From NCBI GenBank assembly GCA_013115125.1, contig JABANN010000294.1, forward strand, positions 1 through 41,831: a DNA stretch of 41,831 nucleotides, written 5' to 3'. The notes beneath the pieces were generated by a model. That model worked only from the letters and a program-made list of their open reading frames with translations, had not been told where the DNA came from and searched no databases. Positions 12,302 through 23,651 of the stretch are shown one piece after another (the stretch's first letter is position 1; each line of letters begins with the position of its first letter). The stretch comes from Perkinsus olseni. Its lineage: Eukaryota. Both the position numbers and the translations under genes were made by a program.

Positions 12302-13847
12302 TCACACCACCTCATCAATGACGTTAGTACGAGGTAGGCTGCTAACCTTCCGGCGATACTGGCGGTGACGCTGTACCTGACGCGGACCAGGGAACTGACG
12401 GCTGCCCCGTGGCCAAGCAAACCTACCCTTCTCAGCTCTTCCAACTCCAAGTCATCAATAAGAGCATGGCACAGCTCATACGTGGCGAACAACAGACCGC
12501 TTGCTAGCAGTACCTAGATAGCCGCATCGACCCCTGCTTCCAGCCACCCGATATCACCCTTGCAGTCCTAGGGACTATACCCAAGGTGAAGCCACGCCAC
12601 CCGTACTGCTCATGCAAAGCCTTAGCACACGTCCAAGTGTTGTGTATCCTAAACTCGTCGGCCAGTATCATCAACAACACTATAGTGCTGAATCACATTG
12701 CTACTACCTGTAGATCCGGTAGTTATTACGAGAGGTAGCACGCTGATGGGACTGCAACTGAGTCTTCATAACATCAAAGGGATGGGTCACGACTGATGCC
12801 AGGGCCCCAGAGGCAGCCGCATTGAGGAAGGAGTAGCCCCATACCTCGCCGTACATACCAGCGCTCCCCTCCGTAGCCTCCTGCACGGCTGAGGGCTCTG
12901 CAGTCACCAATACCGCCCTATTACAGCGTCTGCGAACCGCTCGGCAAGTTCTAACTTCTCCCGTTTAGTCCCCCATTTCGCTGTGCCACGACGTTCCACA
13001 TGGACGGGCAGCAGAAGCTGCTTCCCTCGCTCGTAGCTCGACCAGAATATAGCGGCGAAGGGGACGTCCCTGCGAGGGGTCGAACGCAGGTGGACGGGAA
13101 TAGCTATTGATGGTTAAATGAGGTATAGTACACGTAGCACTAGATAGCAAGCCGATAATGGTCATAACGCACGAAGTAACCGAACGGAAGGATACTCACC
13201 TCATAAAGGTGACAAGGAGGCCTCGCCAATAGCTGACGAATGTATCCTCGTAGAATACTGTGGCAAATGCATTGAAATAACCTGGGGTGCCATGCCCGGC
13301 CCAGGCCTGTACTCTGGTTCGCAAGAACTCCACTAACAACGATACACAGTGGCCACCATCGCAACGCTCACTTGCTATTACGTGGCTGAGAGAAGAGGAC
13401 TACCCACATGCTAGCCTTGGCCGCGGCCCATTCCACCGGATACCGTTTCCGACGGTAATGCTCGTATAGAGAAAGGAAGGCCTTAGCGGGCAAGCTGCGA
13501 TGGTTCTGTAGGTCGTGGTATTACTAAGTTGGATGGAACCGCTATTGTGAGACTCGGAAGGACCCCCGTCCAGAGGCCTTTCATGCCGAGCATATTCTTG
13601 ACATGCCGTCCCGCATCCATCGCGGTGTACTGTAAGCGCCTGTTGTTAAAGTCGGGCGATCCCTGAGAGGCAGAGAGCAACGCGTTTTCTATTTTAGCCG
13701 ATTTGCCCGTATAACCTGTATCATATTCTTAACTACGTCTAGAGGTGTCAGTAAACCAACAGTGGCGACTGAGCCCAGACTGGCCGTATACAGGCCGGCT
13801 GATCGATTGAGATTGGTTATCCCTAGGTAGTAGGGTAGTTGGTCCAT
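12302..13847 (-). CDS. Mitochondrial carrier (SLC25) protein, SLC25A39/40 (Mtm1)-like, multi-exon
   Basis: Carrier signatures Px[DE]xx[KR] (TPLDVVKN, THPFDVMKTQLQ), plus GMKGLWTGVLPSLTIAVPSN, RDVPFAAIFWSSYE, GWRGFTLGIVPR and LFATYE. ATG at 13847; probable stop at 12302. Confidence 0.85.
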
Positions 13848-14200
13848 GGCAATAAACAAGCAGGGCTAAGGAAGAACCTAGCAGGGGCAGTCTAACCTCG
13901 ACCTCCGATCCACCAAGCCGCGACCTCCTGCGAAGTGTGAGAACGACAGGAGGAGGATGGGGGCCAATGGGAGAGGGGCCTAGAGAAATGGAGCAGTGCT
14001 CTCAAACATTCCGCTGCCTCTTCTAGAGGCAGTGTACATTTTTGGGACACGTGATCCGCGTTCGAAAGATCGACCATGATGAAGAACAATTTGACAACAT
14101 TCAACGCGCTCGTGTCCAGTAGATATCACAATACATGTAGAATTGTAAAGAAAATGTAGTTGTACCGAGAGTCGCAAATGGTTGGTTCGCCTATGAAAAC

Positions 14201-14272
14201 TCAAACTACGGAGATTCGAACCCACGACCTGCGGGAGTGCAGCCCACCGCTCTACCGCTGAGCCACTCTATC
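14201..14272 (-). tRNA. tRNA-Cys(GCA)-like sequence, probably a pseudogene or tRNA-derived element (acceptor stem cannot form)
   Basis: Minus strand reads GATAGAG TG GCTC AGCGGTA GAGC G GTGGG CT-GCA-CT CCCGC AGGTC GTGGG TTCGAAT CTCCG TAGTTTG A. The A box, D arm, anticodon arm and B box are intact, but the distal T stem and 3' acceptor strand do not pair. Confidence 0.55.
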
Positions 14273-15303
14273 ATAGAATCATGTGCCACAGAAGGGATGT
14301 ACACCGGAAGGAAACCTCAGAGTAACTCGGGACATTCTGTTCTGAAAATTCGCACTTATCATGCTGAAGCCGCCGTCTGTAGGCCAAGCTCGAAGTGGCC
14401 CCGGCAAGCTGAACTCGATCGTCCTCTTCCCTCTTCTTCCACTCAGCTTGGTGTCCAAGTGCACGAACTCCTTTCTCTTATCAGGAGGGAAGGACACTCA
14501 CGACCCATACAGGTTCTGAGGGAGCACTGAGAAAAGTTCGCCACGAATCTGTTATTGAATGAGTTCGGGCCATCTTCCAGAAGCAGCTCTTCGAGGTATC
14601 ACTTCCCTTCGATGATAGGATCATGCTCAACTCAGCTCATACTCATGGCCCCAAGCTCACAGGCGCTCGTACGTAAGGTCGGCCGATCGGAATGAGGAGT
14701 CTGTTATGCTCACTACAAGGGGACCACCGTATATGTCGAGGTGAGCACAAGAAGAAGGGGCAACACGATAGCTAGCAGCAGCTAAAGGACGAAGCAACGC
14801 AGCGGCTGGATGGAATGAGGCTGTGCAGTGGCGTAGCCAGTGCCGGGTCGCCGCAGAGGAAGGCGAGCGAGTATGGCAGCCTCCCTCTCTACTAGGTATG
14901 GGATAACTCGCTCCCTCTCATGCGACGATAACGAGCAGCGGACTACGGAGACATGAGCACACGTGCTGTTAGCTGAGACGGTGTGGCCGCCCGTAGCAGG
15001 TAGGACTGCGTGTATCTCGAACTGTTTAGTCGTGGAGCCAATAGGATCGAGGAGATCTCGTCGTAGAGCGTACTCGGGAGTTCAGCGGACCGCCTCGTCA
15101 GTGAAACCACCACCCTGAGGAGAACTTGTTGGTGTATCACACAACACGTACTAATGCAAACGCCCAGCGGGCATGCGTACAAGATACACGTATTCACATC
15201 CTGCCCAGTACAACGTGAGGACCACGAAGTTTCACGCCTAACAGAGCGGAGGCCCACGCCACTGCCTTCAGGTGTGACCTTCGGCTCTCCTGTTCACCAA
15301 CAC

Positions 15304-15549
15304 ATGAAGGGCGTCCTTCGTCTCATCTGCGTCATTACTGCACTCACGCGTCTCCTCTATGCCGTACAGCTCGACGTCGTAGACGGTCCAGAGCACCTCT
15401 CGTCAGTGAGGCGTTTATTTGGTGGGCAGTGCAAGGACTGCCCGCATACCTGCACTTGTTCTCTGTACGGCGTGCCTTGCTGGTGTCCACATGTAAGAGC
15501 AGCTTGCCCACGTCACACCCGAGCACTGCGCTATACCGCTCAGGTTTGA
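15304..15549 (+). CDS. Small secreted cysteine-rich prepropeptide (64 aa if the 15493-15543 intron is spliced)
   Basis: Signal-like MKGVLRLICVITALTRLLYA, pro region VQLDVVDGPEHLSSV-RR, then LFGGQCKDCPHTCTCSLYGVPCWCPH|V*. There is a 51-nt GTAAGA...CTCAG intron and an upstream acceptor-like 'gccttcag' at ~15270. Confidence 0.6.
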   Translation: MKGVLRLICVITALTRLLYAVQLDVVDGPEHLSSVRRLFGGQCKDCPHTCTCSLYGVPCWCPHVRAACPRHTRALRYTAQV

Positions 15550-16253
15550 GGATTGAGGGGTCCCAGCAGAGTCCACACACATTCCCCTATTAGTGGTGGC
15601 TTTTGTCAAGCTGCGCGGAAGTAATTATTTTGGTTGAAATTTCCATTTGCCCATCGATTGTATTTTCTAGTATTCATGATATTGATCATCATTATCAATT
15701 CCTTGCTACATCATTTACTATCACGGTGTCCCTTTCGTTAGTACGCGGTAGTGCGGCTTTACATCAGACTCGCTGCGCAGGGATTGGTAGGTGGGCCTAG
15801 CGTCAGACATGGCTTATTGGTTCGATACGCATACACAGGGTTTTCGAGGAACGAGCTTCAGATTTTCTCCATGTTCTGTTGCGTTCAGTGTCAGAGTCTG
15901 TTCTACGCATCACGACACCTGAGGCTGCTTCGGTAGCCCCCCCCAACGAGCTCGGTTCATTGACTCCTGCTTCGTTGTCAACGGCCCTCTGAGAGTCGAA
16001 GGGTGACGGCCAAATAAGACTTCCCTCTGAATCTTATTTCCCGCCGTCGACAACCATCACGTTGGGCAGGCAAGTCAGGCCGCAGGTCGCAGCGAGTCTC
16101 TAGAGGCGGCGAAGTCAGCGGCTAAATAGCGTCACGAAACCATGATGTTGGTGTGAGTTCACTCTGCGCTGCTACCTTTTGTCTTGCTGGCGAACGCCTA
16201 GTAACGAGCGGCTCGGCTCAGACAAACACGTTGATGGGCTGACGGGAGAGGCT

Positions 16254-19200
16254 ATGGACAGTCTATCTGATCCGCGGTAGAAGGTTTGAGGATTCACCCG
16301 TACACACGGATGCCGGATGCAAATGAAAGGCTAAGAGATGATCATGCATTACTATTTCCTGCCCAACATGATGTTCATGTGGCATGCTATAATGCCTTAC
16401 CGTCTGACTATATGGTATGGAGAATTCATGCGGTGGTGATCTCAGCCTGCAGCACCGATGACTTCCATATCAGAGAGGCAAGGTTCACGACTGCGGATCA
16501 GCCAAAGACAGACTGGCATACATGTGGCTACATCAACACCGAGTTTGACTTCATCTCGTGCTAGTATGCTTTCGGGCATCGATATAAATGTCGGCTACTC
16601 CGGCAGTCCGAGACGACAATGGTGTCGTTTGCGGCGATGACTGCGCCTTTCCCACTCTCAACAACTTCATCTCTTCTCTGCAGCTGGCGGGGATCATCTG
16701 GTCGGAAGCATCGCTTCCCTCATCGGTCGAGTCCGATCACCCCAGGTTCAGCGCTGTATGTGGGAGTACCATCTTCTTCATCGTCCGTAAAAGACTCTTC
16801 TCACAACGCCCAGGAGTTGTTAGTGGCAGAATCGTTGCCTTGAATAATACAGTCCTCGCAAGCATAAAGTGAGTACCAGTTGTACATAGCCTCAGCCCGG
16901 CGATGGCAGGTACAATGGTGTGCTCATCTTCTTCTGTTCGGCATACTGTATACTCTATGTCATGAGGGTTCAGAATCAAGCTGCCTATGAATATGAGTAC
17001 CAGCTGGAGCTGCTCATCTGCGTCGTTCTGGCCTTCTTCTCCCTACTCCAGCTCGTGAGTCAGGCTATCTATCCCGGCGCTGCCGGTCTCCCGTCACTCG
17101 AGGGTCGTTTACCTCTCACCGTCCTGACTTGTTCAGGCAGCGGCAACCATCACGAGTTTGGAGGCAGCCATATATGTGTGGTTCTCGGCCCTAATAGTTG
17201 ATGCCCTGATAATATCCTCACCTGTGGGACTCTCAAGCATCGAAGTAGGACCGCCACCATCACCTCCTCTGGAGGTTTGCGTAGTTCGATCTATCAGATG
17301 GCTGTTCTCGACGAGGACCGCTCCTCTCCGGGTGTGGTTGAGTTCAAATTGAGGAAGACCTGGTTCTCCCTTTGCTTCCTGGCTTCTATACGGTCGGTCT
17401 ATCCTCGACGGTTTCTTCGTCCCTTCGGGCGCATTCCACATCAACGTCCGGGTATCGCTGATAACCTCAACATTTCAGTATCGCCTTATTGTGGAGGAAG
17501 CGGCAGGAGATGGTCGCGGCTTCGGAAGGCTTAGAGAACCTCAAATCACAAGTAGGGCGTCTAGGCTGTCCCTGCGAGGATTATCTTGGCAATTGTTGTG
17601 CCGTGGCTCTCGGCAGGTTTTCAGCATCGTCATCTCCTGTTTTGCCGTCCTTTTCTGCTTCACTTGCCTCATACATGTCGCAGAAGCTATGGGAGCCGAT
17701 AGATCAGAATCTTCGGCTCGAGAAGAGGCGTACAGGAGAGGTCTTGACCCGAATACCCTCACTGCGGACGAGCTAGCGGTAAAGGGGATACGCTTCCTCT
17801 GTCTCCTCTTCGAATGTTGGCTTATGTCTTCTCGACTCGCTCCGGTCAACCTCAGTTTGGTATTCCGATTGTTGCATTTCTCCTCAGGAGCTGGGGTCCA
17901 GCTCTGTCTTTTGGGGCAGCAGCTTACTGAAAGAGTAAGGAGGCACTCATACTGCTGCCAGGCTCTGAGTTGAATGGCCTTCTTATCAGCGCTTCTCCAG
18001 TTACCCCGCATACGACAAGTGGGGAGTTCTAACCGCAGTTTACTTCGTCTGTGTGACGGTGTCGACTGTTGGGTATGGCGACATAGCGCCAGACACAGTA
18101 CTCGGCCGCTCCTTCACCCTCCTATCGGTTCTGAGTGGAATCATAGGCTTCTCGATCGCCACGCACCACCTGGCACAGGTAGAGTCTCAGAGCCACACAG
18201 GGCTGTGGTGGCACTGCTGGTCAGGTATACATGATGAACAAGAGAGGAGGGGGGAACTATCGAGGGATTGGCAGCGGCCACATCGTCATCACGGGTGAGG
18301 CATCATCACAAGGCGGCCAGCGTACCATCTTACCGCAGGCAACCCATCCGCGGAGAACCTCAAGGCGGTGCTCCTCGAGATCTTTCATCCCGATCATTGT
18401 GTTAGTGATGAGCCTGACAAGTCAAACCAGTAAACTCTCCATCCGCTTTTCTACGGTGTTGCGCGCTCGTACTTATCGCTAGATCACCGGAGATGCGGCA
18501 GAGCAGCAACACCCCGCTGAGCCTGGCTTCAAGGCTCTCCAACTGGTTCCCCAAAGCAGCTGGTGACTGGGGAGACCGGACCCCCGATGTTGTAGGATAT
18601 CGATGCGTCCCGGTCCCTGCTGGGCGAGGGACCGGGCGGCTGTGCAGGGCAGTGCTTGCTTAGGTGGTGCTCCTTCCACATAACAGTAGAGCTGAGCCTG
18701 CCATTCGCTCTTGGCTCAAAGAGAAGCGGCAACAAGATATCTCCAGCAAGGTGGGTACCATAACTTACCTGCCTCGTGAAGGAGTGGTGATTCTACCATT
18801 AGATATGGGTATTGAAGGGATCGGTCTTCTCCACGCTCGACATGCAGCAAAGATGCGTCGCCCATCGTGCCAAGGCGTTCTTGATACTACCGCCCGAACT
18901 CATGGAGATCGGCGCCTCAGAGGCCATAAGGGAGGACACAGAGAACGTGGTGGGTGCGCTGAAAGGGGGCATTCAGGATACCGTCAACTGCCACCACAGG
19001 TCCGGTGTTTGTCTGTAAGGCGGCATGCATGGCAAAGTCATATCGTCGTGATGCTGCTCCTCAGCGAGCACAAGGAGCTCATCACCGCTGCTGTCCTGCC
19101 GTCTGAGCGCATCGATGCTGTTAGAAAGGCGACCGGCGTTTACAGCGATAGGAGGGTCGAGTGTGTTTCAGATATGCCTGGATGCTCTCCAGTTGGGCAT

Positions 19201-22200
19201 CATAGGGAAGAACTGCCAAATACCGGGCTTCATGACCATCGTGTCTAACCTCTGCAAAACCTTCGGAGATGACGACCTTCTGCTGGACGACTGTGTCGAC
19301 GAGTTCGGCAATGCAAGGCCGCCTTCTAACTGGCTGGTAGGCCATCTTCTGTCCCCAGCCTGAGGTGCAGCTATGGGTGATGCTCCGCTGCCTCTCAGGC
19401 AGAATATGACAGGGGTCTGAGTATGGAGCTGTATGAGGTCCTCCTGTCTCCTGTCTACAGTCGCAAGACCTTCATTCAAGTAGCCGACGACATCTACAAT
19501 AGAAACGACAAGGGCTCTGTGAGCACAGCCCCGCCCGTCGAGGGGAACCCATCCTCCTCAACTACAGTAGGCATGGTCAGGTTATCCTCATTGGCCTGGT
19601 CGAGTTCGAGGAAGAAGACGGTCGAGCAAGCCGCCAGGTTGTCCTCAACCCCCATTTCAATCACAGGATAGATCCCGAGAAGATCGTCTATGGTGTCTTC
19701 ATCGCCCCTAGCGTCAACGAGATCCAGCAGCAACAACCGGCAGCAGCTCGGAGTGTCAATCGGGCCAAGTATGTTGTTTCAATCATGCGGGCAGATTTTC
19801 CGTATCAGTTCTCTGGCGCCAGCGGAGGATATATCTGACGATTATAACGACATTGAGGGAGGGAGGATGTATCGGTATGTTGCGGATTACAGCGGAGCGT
19901 TGCTGCTGCTGCTGATGTCTCCAGCTGCACGCCTCGTGAGTGCTATTCTCGTCAGGCGACTCGACCCGCCACGACAGGAAAGGGAGATCGAGGAGCAAGA
20001 ACTACGAGAAATTGCAGCTGCTCTGCTGGATCCTGAAGAGCGAGCCCAGGACTTTGATCGCTCCCTGACCGCCGGATTCCCTGTTTGGGACGCGGCTCTA
20101 GCGGAGAAGGTGAGCTCTCCATATTCGAACTCGTGGCTTGTCCGTCGTCCGAAAGTCGCCTCGTTTTCTTTGTCGCGATGAGATGTAGTATGAGCGTGAG
20201 CCCAGAGGTTCTGCTCGGCTCTTGTTGTCGATCAGCAGGGACCATGAGATTGGCGGGGGAACATCGGCACAGGTACGATCAAAGGAGCACTTGATGAAGG
20301 CCGAGGGGGCGAGGCGAGGCAAGGTTGAGGCCGCACTGAACGTGGTTCGAGCAGGGAAGATGGTCATAGAGGAGGCAGCATCCTCGTGTGGAGTGACCTT
20401 GGATCAGCTACAATCGGTGATCCCAGGGCCAACCTCGCGGCGATCTCTTGCTGCTTGACTAGTCGGCTATGTTCTCTTCACTTCGCTTGCCAGGAGATGT
20501 TGAATGTACCCACCTGCGCGTAGGTCTACTCAAAGGAGTTGGGAGGCCACCGGGAGAGCATAATGGCTGAGCTCCGTGCTACCAAGCCTGTCTATGATGG
20601 CGATGATAACGTTGAAGTGGCGAGAGGATACTGGCAGCTTCCACTGCGTGTAGCGCTTGCTCTCAGGGTTCGGGACAAGCTTTCATACCGCCCCCCGTGG
20701 ATGTCCTGGTCAGGGGAGGGCATATTGTGTTTCTGTCCGTGGCAGGGACCGGCGACTCGGGAAAGAGCGTTAGCATGCCATTGGGCATTGCTAAGTTCGT
20801 GGAGCCCTTGAGGTCTCAATATACCAAGCAGCCACGGCCTATCGTGGTCGTGGCGTCCTCCCTACCCAAGGATTGGCATGAGGTAAGATCCCCCTCGTAG
20901 TCGATAGTAGTTCAATATGTGACTCTCGACCGTGTTTGCCTTTCCTTTGACGCTTCACTCATTGCCAAACTTTGTCATATTCAGTGGATACTGAGAGAAG
21001 GGCGAATCACATAAAGACCGGTCAGAAGAATCTTCCAGAGCTGTTTTCATCCATCTAAAGTTTGAATATTGGAGCGAGACCGGACCCATAAGATCACGAA
21101 TTCGTAGAGGCACTAACAGGCACAAACTGCTGTCGGATCACTTTGTCTGAGAGAAAGACTTTTCCCAGGCAGTTGCACAATATTCAACAGCCTGGTAGAC
21201 ACGCCGCATGCCCGGTCGCGAATGTCCATGTCGTCGAATCACTCATTGACGGCCAAGCCTTCAGGTCAGGAGCATTACGGATGTATACTTCGTCGAAGGG
21301 AACCCTGTGTCACCATTCGATCTCAGCAGGGCAGGAGTTCTCTCAGCTTGGGCTATCGTCATCCACCAAGTAAACTCAGGAGGGGGGGGGGGTCGCAGAA
21401 CCTAGTCAAGCGGCTTCGAGCAGGCACCAGACAACAGCCTGGGCGATGCTGACGGGGGAGAGAATGAGATGGTGGATGCTGACGCGGGAGATGGAGGGTA
21501 GCTCAATCGCTCATGCCATCGCAGCTGCCCACTGGTCTACGAGGCGTCAGCATTCTTCATTGATGCCTCACGCTGAGTGTTACGTACAGGCGTTCTGAGA
21601 TTGCCGTGTAACGAGCGATGATGCCCCTTTAGTTCCTCTGGTGGTGGATTAACAGGGCTTGCCGCTGGGGACGGTATGACAGACCCGGTAGGAGTCTGTG
21701 TGATATGACGCTCACTATTGAATACATCGAGTAGGGAGGAGACATGGTCGATGCCGACGCCATATTTGTGGTCAAACTACTGGAAGCCCAGCTCGATCGA
21801 ACAGCTCCATACCGCTCCGAGAGGTAGGGCCCCCTCCTTTGAAGCAGGAACAGGACTATTATATCCAAGTCCTCGGCCGATGATCTTCGTCGAGCTGGTC
21901 AAAGGCGAGAACGCGAAATTTATACCACTGGACCCGACTTCGGCGCCGACTAGGTCCGCCGATTCTCGCGGCAGTAACTATCAGCTGGGCATTGAGGTCG
22001 GGTAAGTTCTCAGCCCGGACAGTTCACCTCTGTTCGTCAGGTCTATCGGAGCCCCCGCTATATGTCGGGCAGTGTGTTCCTAAATTCCGTATTCTCCAAC
22101 CTTGGCGTGAATATTCTGTACAACTCTTCCCTCTTGACGCTCATCGAGGAGCTCATCACTGCGCCCTCTCTGGCTGTGAAGATATCACCGGAATGGGCCG

Positions 22201-23184
22201 GTCGGCCCTTCCATGTTCTCTACACGTGAGAGGACGATGGACCAGCACCACAGTGTGGCTATGTTAGCTGCCTAGGTTCCTGCTGCACCGACACAACCTG
22301 ACAGCGATAGCGTTGAAGAGGGTGACGCCAAAGAGAAGGTCCCAGGCTGGACGGACATCCGTTACACAGGGCCAACGACGTCAGTGCCCTGTTGCGCTTG
22401 CTCGATTGGAAGCTTGATTTCTCAAGCCTTTCTCCTGTTTCAGGGTCCCGTTCGCGGAATTCTCGCAGGAGTCAAGCATGGATCGACACTGACTTTGACG
22501 AAGGGTTCTTCCTCGATGTGGGTCGTTGTCGCCTAAATCAGTGTCTTGTGCTTACGGGCATCGCAGATGGACAAGACTGGAGAATCGGGTCTGTGGGAAG
22601 CTCTTGGAGACAGAATCAAACGGTGAGAGAGTTCCTACGCACTCCCTCCTGACCGAGCCGCAGACAGATCATACCAACTCTTACTGAGCGGGCAGAGTTG
22701 CTATCACTTCCCATTGAGTCTGGGGAGTGGGTAGACTAGCACACTGCCTTGTCAGTTATACTTCTGCCCGTTCAGTAAGAGTTGGTATGAGCGCGTTTGG
22801 CGACGGGTGTGTGCCAGTTCAAAGTCCAACGCGGTCGCCGGCTTAGTTGGACTTGATGCCGATGTGCTAGCAACTTGACGATGGAGCTAGCCATTCTCTC
22901 CCTTTTTACTATCGCGATACTTTGCCTCGGGTCGGACGATTGTCCATTGTGCAGCTCAGGTTGATGGGTGAGCTTGTGGAGACGAGAAGGCAGCGGAAGC
23001 CCGAGCCTGCCCCGGACGAGTTCATAGTGACCGCACCATATGCCGATGCCATCCTCAGCGTAGGTGGACCCTTGTCTACTGAATGGATGAGGATCGGCAT
23101 TCAACCTTATAGGTACAGGACAGAGTCATCTGCCTTGCGGGGAAGCATCAATTTGGTAAAGCCCTTCCAAGTGGCAGACCGTAG
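16254..23184 (+). CDS. Slo/BK-type (RCK-domain) potassium channel alpha subunit, many exons; 5' end uncertain
   Basis: TM segments S1-S5 at 16900-17700. Pore AVYFVCVTVSTVGYGDIAPDTVLGRSF (~18020-18120). RCK1: GHIVITGNPS...EIFHPDH, KGSVFSTLD, LGIIGKNCQIPGFMTIVSNL, GLSMELYEVLLS. RCK2: GGHIVFLS, FVEPLRS...RPIVVV, VYFVEGNP...DLSRAGV, MVDADAIF. Terminal FIVTAPYADAILS|VQDRVICLAG...* at 23184. Confidence 0.85.
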
Positions 23185-23651
23185 ATGAGGTGCCCAGCAC
23201 CTGCTCATTCGTTACAGCAGCGGCATGCTCTCACGATCGTGTTCGTCTTTCTGTGTCCCGAAGAGCGTTGAGTTGTGGAGAAGGTTTTCAGTATGGCAAT
23301 ATACATTATAACAAAATTTATGAGTATCAGTTGATAACAAATCCCTTAGTCATCAATACTCATGCCCGACCATCTTGTACTCATAATTCAGCCCCCAACC
23401 CCAAATGACTGGTTTTGGCCGGCATCGATTATCCCATAGCTGCCTTGTGATGAGAACACAGTCCCCGTCGAGCCTGCGGACCTTCCATTCGGGAAACCCA
23501 CACTCCGCTGCACTCCAATTAACTTACGAGCAAGATTCTTGGCGCACTTGCAATTTCTTGCATTTCCTCAGCGCCGTCAGCGCAATTTCTTTTGGGCCGC
23601 ATTTGGCTTTCACTGTAAACTTTTTAGGGACGCTTTTCATGTTTTATAATA

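Noticed and set aside
14279-15257. Possible minus-strand gene (fragments LPSTLYDEISSILLAP and EFVHLDTKLSGRRGKRTIEFSLPG)
   Set aside because: I could not build a phase-consistent spliced model or identify a family. It may be real and needs RNA-seq.
18700-18720. GCCATTCGCTCTTGGCTCAAA, resembling the dinoflagellate/perkinsid spliced leader (...GCCATYTTGGCTCAAG)
   Set aside because: It lies inside a K+ channel coding exon (EPAIRSWLKEK) and needs a gap to align, so it is a chance match.
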